From Azolla caroliniana (lineage: Eukaryota; Plantae; Polypodiophyta), in the NCBI GenBank assembly GCA_043228905.1, contig JBHGNT010000011.1:7936001-8000000 (forward strand): a stretch of 64,000 nucleotides of DNA, in the 5' to 3' direction. Under the pieces are notes generated by a model that searched no databases, was not told the DNA's origin, and was given only the letters and a program-made list of their open reading frames with translations. Shown in pieces: positions 45,518-64,000 of this stretch. The position numbers and the translations under genes were made by a program. Positions within the stretch are counted from its first letter, which is position 1. The number at the start of each line of letters is the position of its first letter.

Positions 45518-47293
45518 TATTGGGAATGCATCCGTATAAGTGCGGAACAAACTCAACACTCTTCCTTAAGGAGATCATTAGCAAATGCAATGAAGAAGAT
45601 TGATGGCAACTAGAGATATAATCAAGCACTAAGATCAATCAATAGCGCAAGAGAGAGAGATGATTGGGCACAAGGTAAATTATATTTCAACCACTTTCAA
45701 CCCCCAATCTCTGAAACTAGGTTACAAGGTCAATTTATATACTGCCCTTCTCACTATTTACATAAATATCCTAAACCTAGTGTGTACAAAGGGAGACAGT
45801 GTGAATACGTCCATTAGAGACCCGCATTCAACAGGCCTGGCGAAACAAGCCAAAAAAGCATAGTCCAAGGAGCTGGAAAGCCGAGAGGCTAAAGATGCAA
45901 CAGAGTACCAAGAAGCCGTTTGGAAAGGAGATGATCAAGGGGCAAGCAGAGCTGAAGACCGATCGAGGATCCAACGAGGAGCATAAGAGCGAGCACGAGC
46001 GAGAAGCCAAAGGATGACTAGAGGCCGAAAGGCAGAATCGAACACGATCTGATCCGATGTCGCGAAAATACGACGAAGATACGTGAACTCGAGGCAGGAC
46101 CCTGGGGCCTCCAACCAGAGGATATTAGATTTGTGTGTTTATACTTTAAGAATTATCGGAAATGAGAAAATTTTAATAAATTTCATTAGCAAAGAAAAAG
46201 AAATTACAATATGTCCCAAGATTGGGATTCAGAAGTTTTAGGTTTACCGAGATTAATAGAAAAGAAAAATTAGGGGTTTTGAGAGATATGGCTTCCGTAG
46301 GGAAAATTAGGGTTTTTAAGTGTTATGGCTTCCATAGGGAAAATTAGAATTAGGTTATACGAGAGATATCGCTTCCGTAGGGAAAATTAGGGTTTTTGAG
46401 TGTTATGGCTCTATAGATAAGGAAGCCGAGAAGGAAAAGAAAAATAATTGAGAGCAGCCCCTCAAGTGGAGAAAAAAAATGGAATATATATGGAGTTCTC
46501 CGTTGATCATAGCCTCCCATGATCCTTTGCATGCGTCCCCTTTTAGTTCCATGGCCTCCATTTTTAGTTGTTTGGCCTTTATTTTTAGTTGCATGGCCTC
46601 CTTTTTTTAGTTGCTTCGCCTTTACTTTTACTTTACTTTAATTTACCGCATGATCCTATCATCCGTCCATCTCGATCATCGCCCGTCCGATCCGTCCGAT
46701 CTGTGTCCGGTTTCCGTTCCATCGCCATCTTATTGCCAATTCTGTCTGGTTTCTTTTCGGTTGCCGGTTGTCAGCTCTATCACCGGCCAGCTCCTGTTCC
46801 TTCATCAGCCGGTTCAGGCAACTTAGCCACATCTGTCCAACTAGACAAAGTGACCCAAGTCCAACCATTCCTTTTGTGCTCTTAACATATAAATGAAAAC
46901 TAATGGTTCTCAATCTGCTTATATAGCTGGATCCTAAAGTTTCCTATCTATGTGGGATATTTCACAATTCTATTTTCCCTATTTTCTCAAACTTCATATT
47001 CACATAACTTTATATGTAGTTGTTCATTTTATATGTAGTAAAATGCGTTTTGAAGCTCTTGAAGATGTCTATATTTTTATACCAAGCCACTAATCTAATC
47101 TAAAATAATTATTTCATTATTTTTTTACATAGTGTGTGAAGAATCACACGACACCAGACAAACGTGTCGTTCCACACTAGCTGAATTAGGATAGATTTAG
47201 ACTTAACCTTTGCTGATTCGGCCATAAGCCGATCCACTTGTAACTATACAACAATAATGTTAGATTCAAATTGTAATCTAGATGACCCCAACA
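45518..47293 (-). mobile_element. ~1.78-kb 5' LTR of Tork-like copia T with PBS 45504-45515
   Basis: Minus strand TGTTGGGGTC...CCCAATA, then TGGTATCAAAGC (tRNA-iMet type); internal ~37-bp tandem repeats near 46270-46410. Confidence 0.75.
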
Positions 47294-47296
47294 AAT

Positions 47297-47350
47297 TGTC
47301 GATGGTGATTCTTGTGCAGCGGAATAGATATGTGTGGTGTGTGTGTGTGA

Positions 47351-47388
<38 letters not shown>

Positions 47389-50300
47389 GAGGAGAGAAGA
47401 GAACACAAAATAGATAAGCAATAGAAATAAAATACTCAAGAAGAAGAAGGTGTATATTTCACAAGTAAAATAGAGATACAAAAATGTAGCATTACAAGGA
47501 GTCACAACCGACTTGATATGAAGTAGGAGGAGGGTGCTTTATATAGCGTCACCCTCTCTCTTCATTTACTCACTACAACGTCCACTCTCTCACTAGAGCC
47601 TTGAGGAATGTGAAGTCTTATGGTCATGGGGAATGTGGAACCCATTAGTTATGTGTCATAGAATATGGTTCTATGACATATAGTTTAATCATAATGTGTA
47701 GAGAGTGGTATGATTCTTGACCTTTGAGTGCTCATGGATGCTCAAAGGGTGGTTCACACGTTACACTATGTTGAGCTTGATTCTCAACACGCCCCCTCAA
47801 GCTCAACTCGGGTCAGTTCCTTTTGGTTGGTGTCCGCTTCGGCTCGTACCCGGTTCGAACGGTATCCGGTTCTCGCTTGTACTCCCCCTCAAGCTTGGCA
47901 AGTTAGGGATCGTCAATCCGAGGTTTGACATGAATTGTCGAAGCTTGTCGGCTCCTAGGGCCTTGCTGAAGATGTCTGATGTCTAAAGATTCGTGTTGAT
48001 GTGTAGAAGATCGATATCTCCGGCCTGAACACACTCTCAAATGAAGTGATAGTGCACTTCGATATGCTTTGTGCGTGCATGGAACACCGGGTTCCGAGCC
48101 AGATATATACTGCTCCTATTGTCCCAGTAAATGGGAGTCGGATCCTTGATGGGAATGCCCAGATCCTTCAAAATCCTCTTGAGCCATACGACTTCACATG
48201 CAGCTACGGTTGCGCCCCTGTATTCGGCCTCCGTACTCGAAAGTGCGACAGTAGGCTGCTTCTTCCTACTCCACGATATTGCTCTGCTACCAAGCGAGAA
48301 GTCAAATCTGGAGATTGATCGTCGATTAGCTTTGTAGCCTGCCCAGTCCGCGTGTGTGTACCCTTCGAGTCGTATTGGTGTGGCCGATGCGTAGAGAACG
48401 TCGTAATCCATTGTGCCGCTCACATATCGTAATACTCGCTTAGCGCAGTCAAAATGGATATCTCGCGGAGTTTTCATGAATTGTCTAAGGAGTCTGACTG
48501 GATAGCTAAGGTTGGGTCGAGTGATCGTGAGATAGATGAGGCTCCCGATCAGTTGACGATATTCGGTCGGCTCGCACTCGTCTGTGCCGGAGTCAGCATC
48601 TAGTTTGAGGTTTCGATCAAGAGGCGTAGCGACTGATTTGCACTCAATCATCCCGAACTTGTATAACAATTTGAGGATGTAGTGTCGTTGAGAGATCATA
48701 ATGCTGGTCAGAATTCGAATTACTTCAATGCCAAGGAAGTAATGGAGCTCCTTCATGTCCGTTATCTCGAATTTTCCGGAGAGGAGGGACTTGACCTTGT
48801 TGATGTCGACTAGACTCTCACCTCCAATGATCAGATCATCCACGTATAGGATGACGCCAATTAGGCTTCTAGCGTCATGTCGTACGTAGAGGGAGTTGTT
48901 GGATTTTGACATTCGAAAGACGATTTGATGAAGGAAGATATTGTGTAATCTTCGAATGCCAAGCACACGGTGCTTGCTTGAGGCCGTAGAGTGGTGCAGA
49001 AAGTAGCGTGCGGAAGCAAGCAAATATGAAGACCGAACAGGAGGGAAACTCAGGTTTAATGGAGAGCTTGAGCTTACACGGTATACGCGGGAGAGACAGA
49101 GAGTGAGAGCGAGATAAAACACAAAAAAACTATATTCACTACTCTGTATACATATGTGTGTTCAATGAACACTTTTATACAAGCCCTAGAAGGATTGACC
49201 GAAATACTGACAATACTTCAATGCTCATTAAGAGCTCCTACACTAACTCCCAAATATATTCCTCACGGAATATCTTTCCTAATGGCCTCCTTGTTTACGC
49301 ACTCGGCCTAACCGATCGGTCCCAACCGATCCGGCCGATGTTGAGCTTGTCTCTCAACAAGTGGCTTCTTGAGTCGGCACACGGCTTTTGGATGAGTACG
49401 CGATTCGAAGTCGGGTGGTTGTACCATGTACACCTCCTCCTCTTCTAAATCACCTTGAAGAAAGGCGTTCTTGACGTCCATTTGATGGAGGTGCCACCCT
49501 TTTGCCACTGCAAGTGCGATCACGGTCCACACCATCGTCATCTTTGCCACCGGGGCAAAGGTCTCTTCATAGTCGACTCCATGTGTTTGTGCATATCCTT
49601 TCGCTACGAGTCGAGCTTTGTAGCGGTTGATGGAGTTGTTGGCATTATACTTCACCTTGTAGATCCATCTGCAGCCAATTGCCTTCTTATGAGGTGAGTG
49701 GGGAACGAGATCCCATGTCTCGTTCTTGCGTAGTGCACGCATCTCCTCATTCATTGCTTCGATCCATCGCGGGTCCTTCATGGCTTCGAAAAACATTTTC
49801 GGCTCTCTTACTATTGCCACCTTCATCATAAATGCGTAATGGTACGCCATGTACTCATCGTAGCCAAATCGGCTTACGGGTTTCTTTTCATGGGTGGATC
49901 GGCGGAGCTTCTCATTTGCGGATTCTAAGGCTTTCTTCACTCCATTTGTCCCAATGACAAGGCCTTCGAACTCACTATCGAGGGAGTGAGTCGATTCAAT
50001 GCCATCAAAATGATCGTCTTCATACTCCGGCATTTTCGCCTTCCCTTTGTCTAGCTTCGGACTCAGCCGAGATGTGCTTTGATCGCTTGGAGGCTCTTGT
50101 CGTCCACTAAGCGTTGTTGTAATCGGGCTTTCTTCGAACATGCGTGTGAGTCAATCTTCGGCTTCTATCTCTATTTCGGCGGAATCCGGGTCGAGCGGAA
50201 TTGAAGTCCAAGTTGTCTTTGGTGTGTACCAAGATGCGAACTCATCGAAAATGACATCTTGACTTACTCGAGATTTACGAGTTGAGGGGTTATAGCACTT

Positions 50301-51475
50301 GTACCCCTTTTGCTCCAGTGAGTATCCTACGAGGATACATTTCTCTGACTTCATTTCGAGTTTTTTGCGCTTCTCGTTGGGGATGTGCATATACGCAATG
50401 GAGCCGAATATCTGAACATGTGATAGGTCCGGCTTCTTTCCGAAAAATTTCTCATGCGGAGTAAGTTCGTGCACACCCAATGTCGTACACCGATTCATGA
50501 GGTATACGGCCGTGTTAGCTACTTCCGCCCAATACGATTTCGGCATGTGCTTTTCGTTAAGCATAGCCGATTCTTGTGTTCGGCTACTCTGTTTTGTTGT
50601 GGCGTATGTCGACACGAAAACTCTCGTCGTATTCCTTCTTTCCGTAGAAACGCCGAAAACTTGTCGGAGAAGTACTCCTTGCCTCCATCCAACCGAAGAC
50701 ATCGTACATGTTGGCCCACGGCTTTCTCGACTTCATTCTTAAATTTTTGGAAGTGTCTGAACACTTCGCTCTTTTGCCGCATGGGGTAGATCCAGGTGTG
50801 CCTGGAGAAGTCGTCGATGAAGGCCATGTAGTATCGGCATCCGCCGAATGTAGCCATCTGAGCCGGACCCCATACATCGGAATGAATTACGTCAAGTATG
50901 CCTTTGCTCACGTTCCGCTCCTTCGGAAATGGGTGTTGATGTTGCTTGCCGAATTGGCAAGCCGCACATACACCTCCAATTCTCTCTCTCTTTGAAGGTC
51001 GAGAGTCCAATGACGACTCCTTTCGATTGCATCGCCTTGAGCTTTTGAAGGTTGATATGGCCAATCCGCTTGTGCCATAACTCTATGTCGGACTCGGCTT
51101 TCGTGCCTTTTGCGAACATGGCCGATTTCATCTTGTGCAAGTTGAGAATGAACATTCGGCCCTCTCTTTGTCCGGGCACGATGACTCGGCCCTCTTTTTC
51201 GACGAAGAAACCACCTTGATTAAATCGAACTTGCATTCCTTGCTCTACAATTTGGCTGACGAAGACCAAATTCTTTGTGATAGTTGGTACATGCAAGACA
51301 TTTTTAATGTAAGTTTGCTTACCTTCTTCTCCGAACAGAACATTGTCGATGTGCCGAATCAGATGCGTAGTGTCATCTCCGGTTTTGACATAGCATGGTC
51401 GTTCCGGCTCTCGAAGTTCTAGGAACCATTCTTGATGAGACGTCATATAGTTTGAGGCACCAGAGTCGACGAACG
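47297..51475 (-). mobile_element. 5'-truncated copia F (3' LTR ~47297-47789; PR-INT-RT-RH)
   Basis: PPT at 47790; ORFs 48037..49122, 49308..50141 and 50151..51446; left LTR edge uncertain. Confidence 0.88.
48995..49359 (-). mobile_element. Solo LTR of the 6962-12599 copia family inserted in the RT of F
   Basis: Perfect TSD AGTGG; homologous to 6962-7358 but lacks one internal CCGATCCGG-bounded repeat. Confidence 0.94.
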
Positions 51476-51619
51476 ATATAGTCTTCCATTAGAGCTTAAC
51501 AGTGTGCTTTTGGTTTCTTTCGTCTTGCCTACCATGTATAAAATGTTTCTCTAGTTTATCTATGTTGCTTGCTTGACACTAACTACATGTCCTCAACATT
51601 CTTCCGTTGCACAACACAA

Positions 51620-51925
51620 GGATCTGAGACGTCCCAATTCAATAGCCAAATGGCAATATAATCATCTTGCACCATGTCTAGCATGAACCTGAGTTGAAGA
51701 GGAGTTTGGTCTCCATCGGCATGTTAGCCGAAGCCAGGTATAGGACAACACTTAGCAAGTTGTCATGGTTGATCACTAAAGCAAATCTCCGAATCGGCCA
51801 TGGCAACGAGTACAACAACTTGGGCCCACTGAACGTGATCAGTCCGGAGGGCACAATCAATGTAACAGAAGTGTCGGATACTACACTATGGCATGGCCGA
51901 CTCAACCATATGTCTCAAGTTGGAT
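51620..51925 (+). mobile_element. Isolated copia PR/GAG-pre-integrase fragment
   Basis: PELKRSLVSIGML..LWHGRLNHMSQVG. Confidence 0.7.
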
Positions 51926-52000
51926 CGGACCGGCAAGCAAATTTCAAAACAAATGACATAAAAATGATGATATTGTGGAAGATACAAATATAAAGACAAA

Positions 52001-52046
52001 GAAGAAGAAGAAGAAGAAGAAGAAGAAGAAGAAGAAGAAGAAGAAG
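52001..52046. repeat. (GAA)n microsatellite
   Basis: ~15 perfect units. Confidence 0.95.
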
Positions 52047-52919
52047 CAGTCAAGACTAAAGAATATAGCAACATTGAAGATATAGTGCTTGTATCACCGA
52101 TTTGACAGTAAGTGAAGCACTTATTGAGGAAGAGGGTGCTACTATTATTGCTAATGATGACGAAAAGAAAACTTAAGAAGTGCAAATTATACAATGTGTT
52201 GAAGAAAAGTCAATAGAAGAGGTAATTACATAGGATAATATTGATGAAGGTAATAATGGTAGTAATAACGAGAAGAAGTTCGAGAAAGCATCTAATGATG
52301 AGTTGAATCAGAAGTGCATTGATCAATCTCAAAATATCTTGATGCATATTCATGTGAGCACATAACAAGAAGAATTTTAAGCACATATTAACATGACATG
52401 ATTCCAATGTATGATGATGATTTGTAATGTTAATAGGTAGGGAAGTGAAATTAGTTTTCTGATGAGAGGAAATTATAAAACTGTAAATTCTTACCTAAAG
52501 GTGTGCAAGTTGTAGGTGGTGCTCTAAGCTCGATCGAAGGACTCAGGAGGTCCTCATCGTTGTGGCATGTGCACTATGCAGGCTCCCTCTCCCTCTCTCT
52601 CGAGTTTCACTCCCTCTTCCTCTCCCTCTCTCTCGAGTCTCTCTCCTTCTCCCTCCCTCTCTCCCTCCCTCTCTAAACAGTTGACAACTCGACTCTCTAT
52701 CTCTTTCTAAAGTTCTATATTTTTATTTCTCTAACCTAATTATTAAATAACATAACTGGCTTAATCGGTGAGCTTGAGCTGAGCCGCGAAACTGTTAAAC
52801 CCTTGTAAATTGGTTTAGCTAAACGGTTTCAACTTGAGCTGAGCGGTTGCCAATTCCTAGTTTTCATCCAACCCATTTGTAGATGACGATCTATTTTTGG
52901 ACCATTTGTTATCCATAGT

Positions 52920-54452
52920 GGATGCAAGTCATATCTTGTTGCATGCAATGGAGATTTCCAACATTGTTAGCCTATTTATGCAACAATCTTTTATCTCATC
53001 AAGCTTGATAAGATCAACTTCTGTCAATTTGTTTATTTCCATCAACATTTGTTGTTTAAATTTATAAACCAATCCCATTGTAGCACCTTCCCTATTAGTC
53101 GAACAAATAAGCTTTAAAATGGGTTTGCAGACCTTCACAATCATCTTTACATCTACACAAAAGTTAGCACCTAGTACAATTGAAACCATCTCCTCTACTT
53201 TGTGTTTTACCACCAATCCAATTGCACCATTCTTCTTAAACCACCATATACTCTATCATCCAACAAATTTGCTAACACAAGAAATTTGTACGCAAACCTC
53301 TAGTCATAGAAGGTTTAAGTAAGTCTTTCCCACTAAACTTGCGAAACATGGCCAACGCATATTGTTTTGTGGTTATGAAACCACTAATCTTCATAGTTGA
53401 TCGCAAAATGGCATCAATCCAAGCACATTTGGCAAAATCCTCCAACCACAAATCAACACAATGGCAAGTGCATCTAGTGTAAATATTGATGGCCACTCAT
53501 TTTCTATCGTATGTTCTACAACCACACAATTTGCAAAATTATCCATACAAACTTGAAATACATTTGATGGTCCATTTTCAAGAATAACATCTTTCCAAAA
53601 AAAAAAAATGTATTCACTTGACTTGACATGACCACTTGTATCTATTGATGTCAAAAACATTGTGCCATGTAATGAAGAGTTTAAAACATTAATAATTGGT
53701 TGGGATCTAGTGTCTGACCAAACATCAAAATATCTTATGCAATTGATACATAGAAGGTGCTTTAAATGAAGGACCCACTTTTGCAGCAACCATAAACATA
53801 TCATGGAAAAATGAAATTTCCACCTTCCCATGTGGAATATCTTCTGCATAAAAAAAATCTTGCAATAGCCTCTTTTGCATTTTTCCTCAATGCCAATTCA
53901 AAAGACATTTGTAATGAACCGCTTGTCTCTAATTTCTAGTTTTTGGTAGCCATTTTATTCATTGAAATAGAAGTAGAAATAGAGACATCTCGTAGACGCA
54001 TTAGCATTAGCATTATGTAGGGTTTGAGACATTGATGGATGCTCAACAAATTCCTTCTGTTTGTATCGTAGTAGTAAGCCATATTTGTACTTACCTATAT
54101 ATCTTGTGTTTAGGTCCCTCTAACCTTACTAATTTACAAGATGCCATTGTGTAAATGTGCTTGTCCCAATAAGAAGTCTTACATTCCACCTCACGTAAAC
54201 ACTATTGCAACTTGCATTTGTTTGTACATTTGAAATTGAGTGATCATTTGCATGAACTATTGAATTTCTGAATTGACTCTTCACAGTATCACTTACATTT
54301 TTCTACACCTTGTCGTCTTATTCCCAATAAATGGGCCCTAATTCAATGAGGGCCACCAACATAGACATGATTGGATCAAATGAATGAATTCCCCTTGCAT
54401 TCTTGTTTTGAATTAGTACATGTTCCCACTCTAGGTCCTTTTGTCTACCCAT
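52920..54452 (-). pseudogene. hAT transposase relic (BED finger plus DUF659-type core)
   Basis: MGRQKDLEWEH..RIRAHLLGI..C; DVWSDTRSQPIINV..FLTSIDTSGHVKSSEYI..VFQVCMDN..CTCHCVDLWLED; many frameshifts. Confidence 0.85.
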
Positions 54453-54952
54453 AATTTCCTAAATTAATGTAAATATCAAATTATTCTATTTATTGTAATT
54501 TCTGTGCGTATGGTTGATAACTTCATAATTTCTGTACTACATACTATGCCCTAGAGTTTAAACCCTAATTATTATTAACCCTAAACATACTTCTTGCTTG
54601 GATGGGAGAGGAGAGGAGCTTGGCATCACGCTAATGTGCAGAAATTGATGGTGGGAGAAGATGTGCACTGTACAAAACGTTCACTCCCTCTGTGACGCAG
54701 CCGAATCACCCCCTCTATGATATGTATGTGAGCAAACAAAAAAGTAAACAAGTCCAAAAAAAACAAAAAAACATATGTACATACTACATATGTATGTTTG
54801 GATATAATATAGGCAGTAGTAGAGTGAGTGAGTGGCTCCTAAAACTTTCAACCCCCAACCAAAAGCCAAAGCCAAAGCCAAACAAAGAAAGAAAGGCAAA
54901 GGCAGAGGCAGAGAGAGAGAGACTCGAGAGGCAGCAGCAGCAAGCATATATT

Positions 54953-60859
<5,907 letters not shown>

Positions 60860-62210
60860 CCATAATTCAGAGTATGGCAAATAATACAGATTCAATGTTC
60901 TGGAAGTGTTTAATTTCTCGTTCTTTGTACTTACTGTATTCTCAATGCAATTGAGAGAAATGACTAATACATCAAATCTCATTGAACTTCTGATTATTCT
61001 TATATGAAACACTTAAGTTTCAGTAATTAATTTGTAATTCATGTCCCTTGCCGTTCATCCATCATCAGTTCTCCAGGGGTACTATATGGGCACTATATCA
61101 ATTACATAGGAGATTGCCTGAGATTTTTTGAGAATGAGAATGAGATGCATTTTACATGAACATGTAAACAATAGTGTTATCTTTTTGATTTTTGTCATAC
61201 AGATTCCATGCATTAGGATCTTTCTTTTTATTTGCAGGTGGGGGATGATGTTTAAGATGGTGTAAATGTCAGTAACGTAGTTCTCAGAGCATGATAATGC
61301 TGATACTTGGTAAATTCTATATATATGGATTAATGCGTGTTTTTAGGTTTTTTTCGAAACTTTCACATTGACCTTAGGGGCCTGATATTCACATTGAGGT
61401 TCCCATGTCCATGAACCAAACTAAAGTTGCAATATGCCAATACTAAATATATCATCTATCCGAGATGCCTGTGCGGCAGTTTTGCGATGTGGATATTTCC
61501 CCACTCTCTTATTACTAATGGATAGCCCATACAATTTTCACTTGTTTATACCATGATATATCATCATAGCCGCAGATTTGCATATATTTTATTGCTGTAG
61601 TCTTTAAACTAGTAGCTGAGATAGTGTCATTGTTAATGCATATTTCTCTTTCATATATATTGTTATCCCAACCATGCCTTCACGAAATTCATTACTAAAA
61701 CGGGTAAGATACACATGCCACAGATTTGCACTCTTGATATTTCCAGACTTTTTTATTTACTAGTGCATTGCTGCATCATTGTTCGCCTGATCAAATTGTA
61801 TATAGGCTCTCTTGACTTGATTGTCTTTATAAAGATAAACTCTAAACTCAAATTGGACTTGGTCAGGCACCTGTAACAACACATAATGCTGCATCATTGT
61901 TGACTTGATCAGTTGTGTATTGGCTCCAACTCAAATTGGACTCCATGAGTTTTGCTATGGATAATTTCTTGTGAATGCTGGGCACGAGTAACCCATGCAC
62001 AAGATACTTGGTTCCATGTTATGTCAATTTTCAACTCTTATTCATTACTTCACATATAGTTGTTTGAAGACCATGAAAGCAATTCTTTTGGATCACATTA
62101 CTATTAAGTATCTTGTTAGTTGAGCATTGAACCAATAAAGCCAGTAGATCCATAAAATTTTCCTTGTGAATTATATAGGTTATTCTACATTGAAAACCGA
62201 CTTTACATTC

Positions 62211-64000
62211 TGTTAGAAACATGCTTGACTTTTTGAATCATAGAAACAGATTATTTGGATAGTGAGCAACCTGGCTGCTGTGTCAAACGTTGGCAGATGT
62301 ACATTGGGGCAGCTTCTTTGCTGGCTCGTTAAACTTGCTTGCCCGGTGCACATGGCATTGGATATGTGCTCGTGGAATAGAATCAATAGTGCCCATTTCA
62401 ATGACATGGTGTACATGTCATCACAACATGTCCTTGATATGTTAGATTGGGTGATTAATCTATTCAAAAGATTAGATTCACGTAATTAATGTTCACATTT
62501 TGTTGGAGGGTGGCAGCTCCACTCCTTACTCTCTTTCATCTTTATTATCTTTGTATTACATTCTCTCTCTTCCTAGATTCTTCTCTCTCTAGAATTTGCA
62601 ACGCTTTAAATGCCTTTTCTCGCTTCCACTTTTTCCAAGATATTCCCTTTTTTATTCCTAGTTTATTGTACCTGTTTGGTAGTACAAGAGTCTCTTAACT
62701 ACCAAACAACCATTCCCAATTTTGTATAAATAGGCTTATACCAACCTCTTTTGTAATGAGATTATTTTCTGTTGCTACTTAAAAACAAGCTCTATTCTTT
62801 GGCTGTGTCTCTACCCTTTGCAACCATTTTTCTACTGCTGTCTAACAACCTTCTCACAGCTTGGTTGTGTCTAATTTGTTCTAACAATTGCTTCGCTGCG
62901 ACTATTAACAACATTTCTCACATGGTATCAGAGTATCGAGGTCTCCATATCCTCAGCCTGATTTTTTTGCCAAAAAGCACACATACCTCTCTTCCTTTAT
63001 CCCTCTCTCCCAACTTACAGAGGAGGTTATTTTTTTCTTTTCCCCTCATCTGCGCCTCACCTAGCATCTAGGGAGAAGTAGAAAGACCCTGAGCATCTAC
63101 TTACAAGTGCTGTAAATTGTCCAGTTGTAGCTCAAGAGGAGGATATCCATGGCCTCACATGCCACCGTTGTTTCATCAACCATTCCCCAACTCCCCAAAG
63201 AGTCCATCTTGGATGGGAACAATTACTTGGATTGGGAGCTACAAATAAAGACCTTGCTACAATACCATCATTTATGGATTGTAGTCAATGGTAGTGACAA
63301 GAAACCACCAGTAACTTCATCCTCTTCAACCAAATCAGTTGCTGGCTCATCTAACGTTGAGATTGAAGCTTGGCTAGATAAGGATTCTCGTGCTCATGCT
63401 TTCCTCATGTTTAATATTAAATTGAGCATCACTTGTCAATTTCAAGATAGACATGAAGAGACATCTAATGAACTATGGACATCCATCAAAAAGAGGTATC
63501 ATCGAGCTAATCATGCTCAAATGATAGCTATTGAGAACCAGCTAGCAAATCTCAAGATTCATAACACTCCCAACATCATGGATCAAATAACGCAATTTGT
63601 TACTCTCCAAAAGGAACTAGTTTCTTCGGGAAGCAAGTCCACTGAAGTTGAGTTTGTGCATCGTCTAATGAAACCCTTGATACCCCATGTGTTGCTTGTC
63701 TTCATGGCAAGCAACATTGAGAGCCTTTCCCTCATGAAACCACTCATTGTGCAACATCTATCTTGGAGTTAGTGCACATGGATCTTTGTGGTTCCGTGAA
63801 AACCACTACTCTTGGTGGTGCACGCTACTTCATGCTCATCATTGATGATTTCTCCCGCAAGGTTTGGGTTTATTTTCTTGTAGAAAATCCTCAAGCCTTC
63901 ACAAAATTTCAAGAATGGATAGCTCTCGTGGAGAACGAGACATCAAAGAAAGTTCGAAAGATCAGGTTGGACAATGGTGGAGAGTTTATCTCCCAAGATT
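62211..64000 (+). mobile_element. Copia element G: 5' LTR ending 62922 (start uncertain), PBS 62923-62933, gag from 63149, deletion into integrase near 63740; runs off the window
   Basis: TCTCACA followed by TGGTATCAGAG; ILDGNNYLDWELQIKTLL gag; ILELVHMDLCG..GGARYFMLIIDDFSRKVWVYFL..DNGGEF. Confidence 0.85.

Noticed and set aside
61765-61945. Imperfect ~120-bp-period direct repeat downstream of HINT1
   Set aside because: Degenerate local duplication with no TIR, TSD or coding signal.

Overview
Plant nuclear DNA. About 1-54.5 kb is a deeply nested transposon island: Ty1/copia elements, Tcn1-like chromodomain Ty3/gypsy elements, a tRNA-Trp-primed non-chromodomain gypsy family, a hAT MITE and a hAT transposase relic. 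It is followed by one intact 5-exon host gene (HINT1-like histidine-triad protein, 54953-60859, + strand) and the start of another copia. The element mix suggests a non-seed plant (fern, lycophyte or bryophyte; inference only). Main observations: (1) two different chromoviruses lack a tRNA PBS and instead carry a PBS complementary to their own predicted transcript 5' end, with co-variation and identical TATA spacing (Tf1-type self-priming); both also have perfect heat-shock-element arrays next to the TATA box and a conserved -1 frameshift hairpin. (2) The tRNA-Trp gypsy family makes 4-bp, CpG-centred target duplications, has an RY-rich promoter and shares a U3 module with a copia LTR. (3) A copia lineage has a conserved stem bracketing the PPT and an acidic plus Arg-rich Pol C-terminal extension. 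All counts and alignments were done by eye; boundaries marked ~ are approximate.
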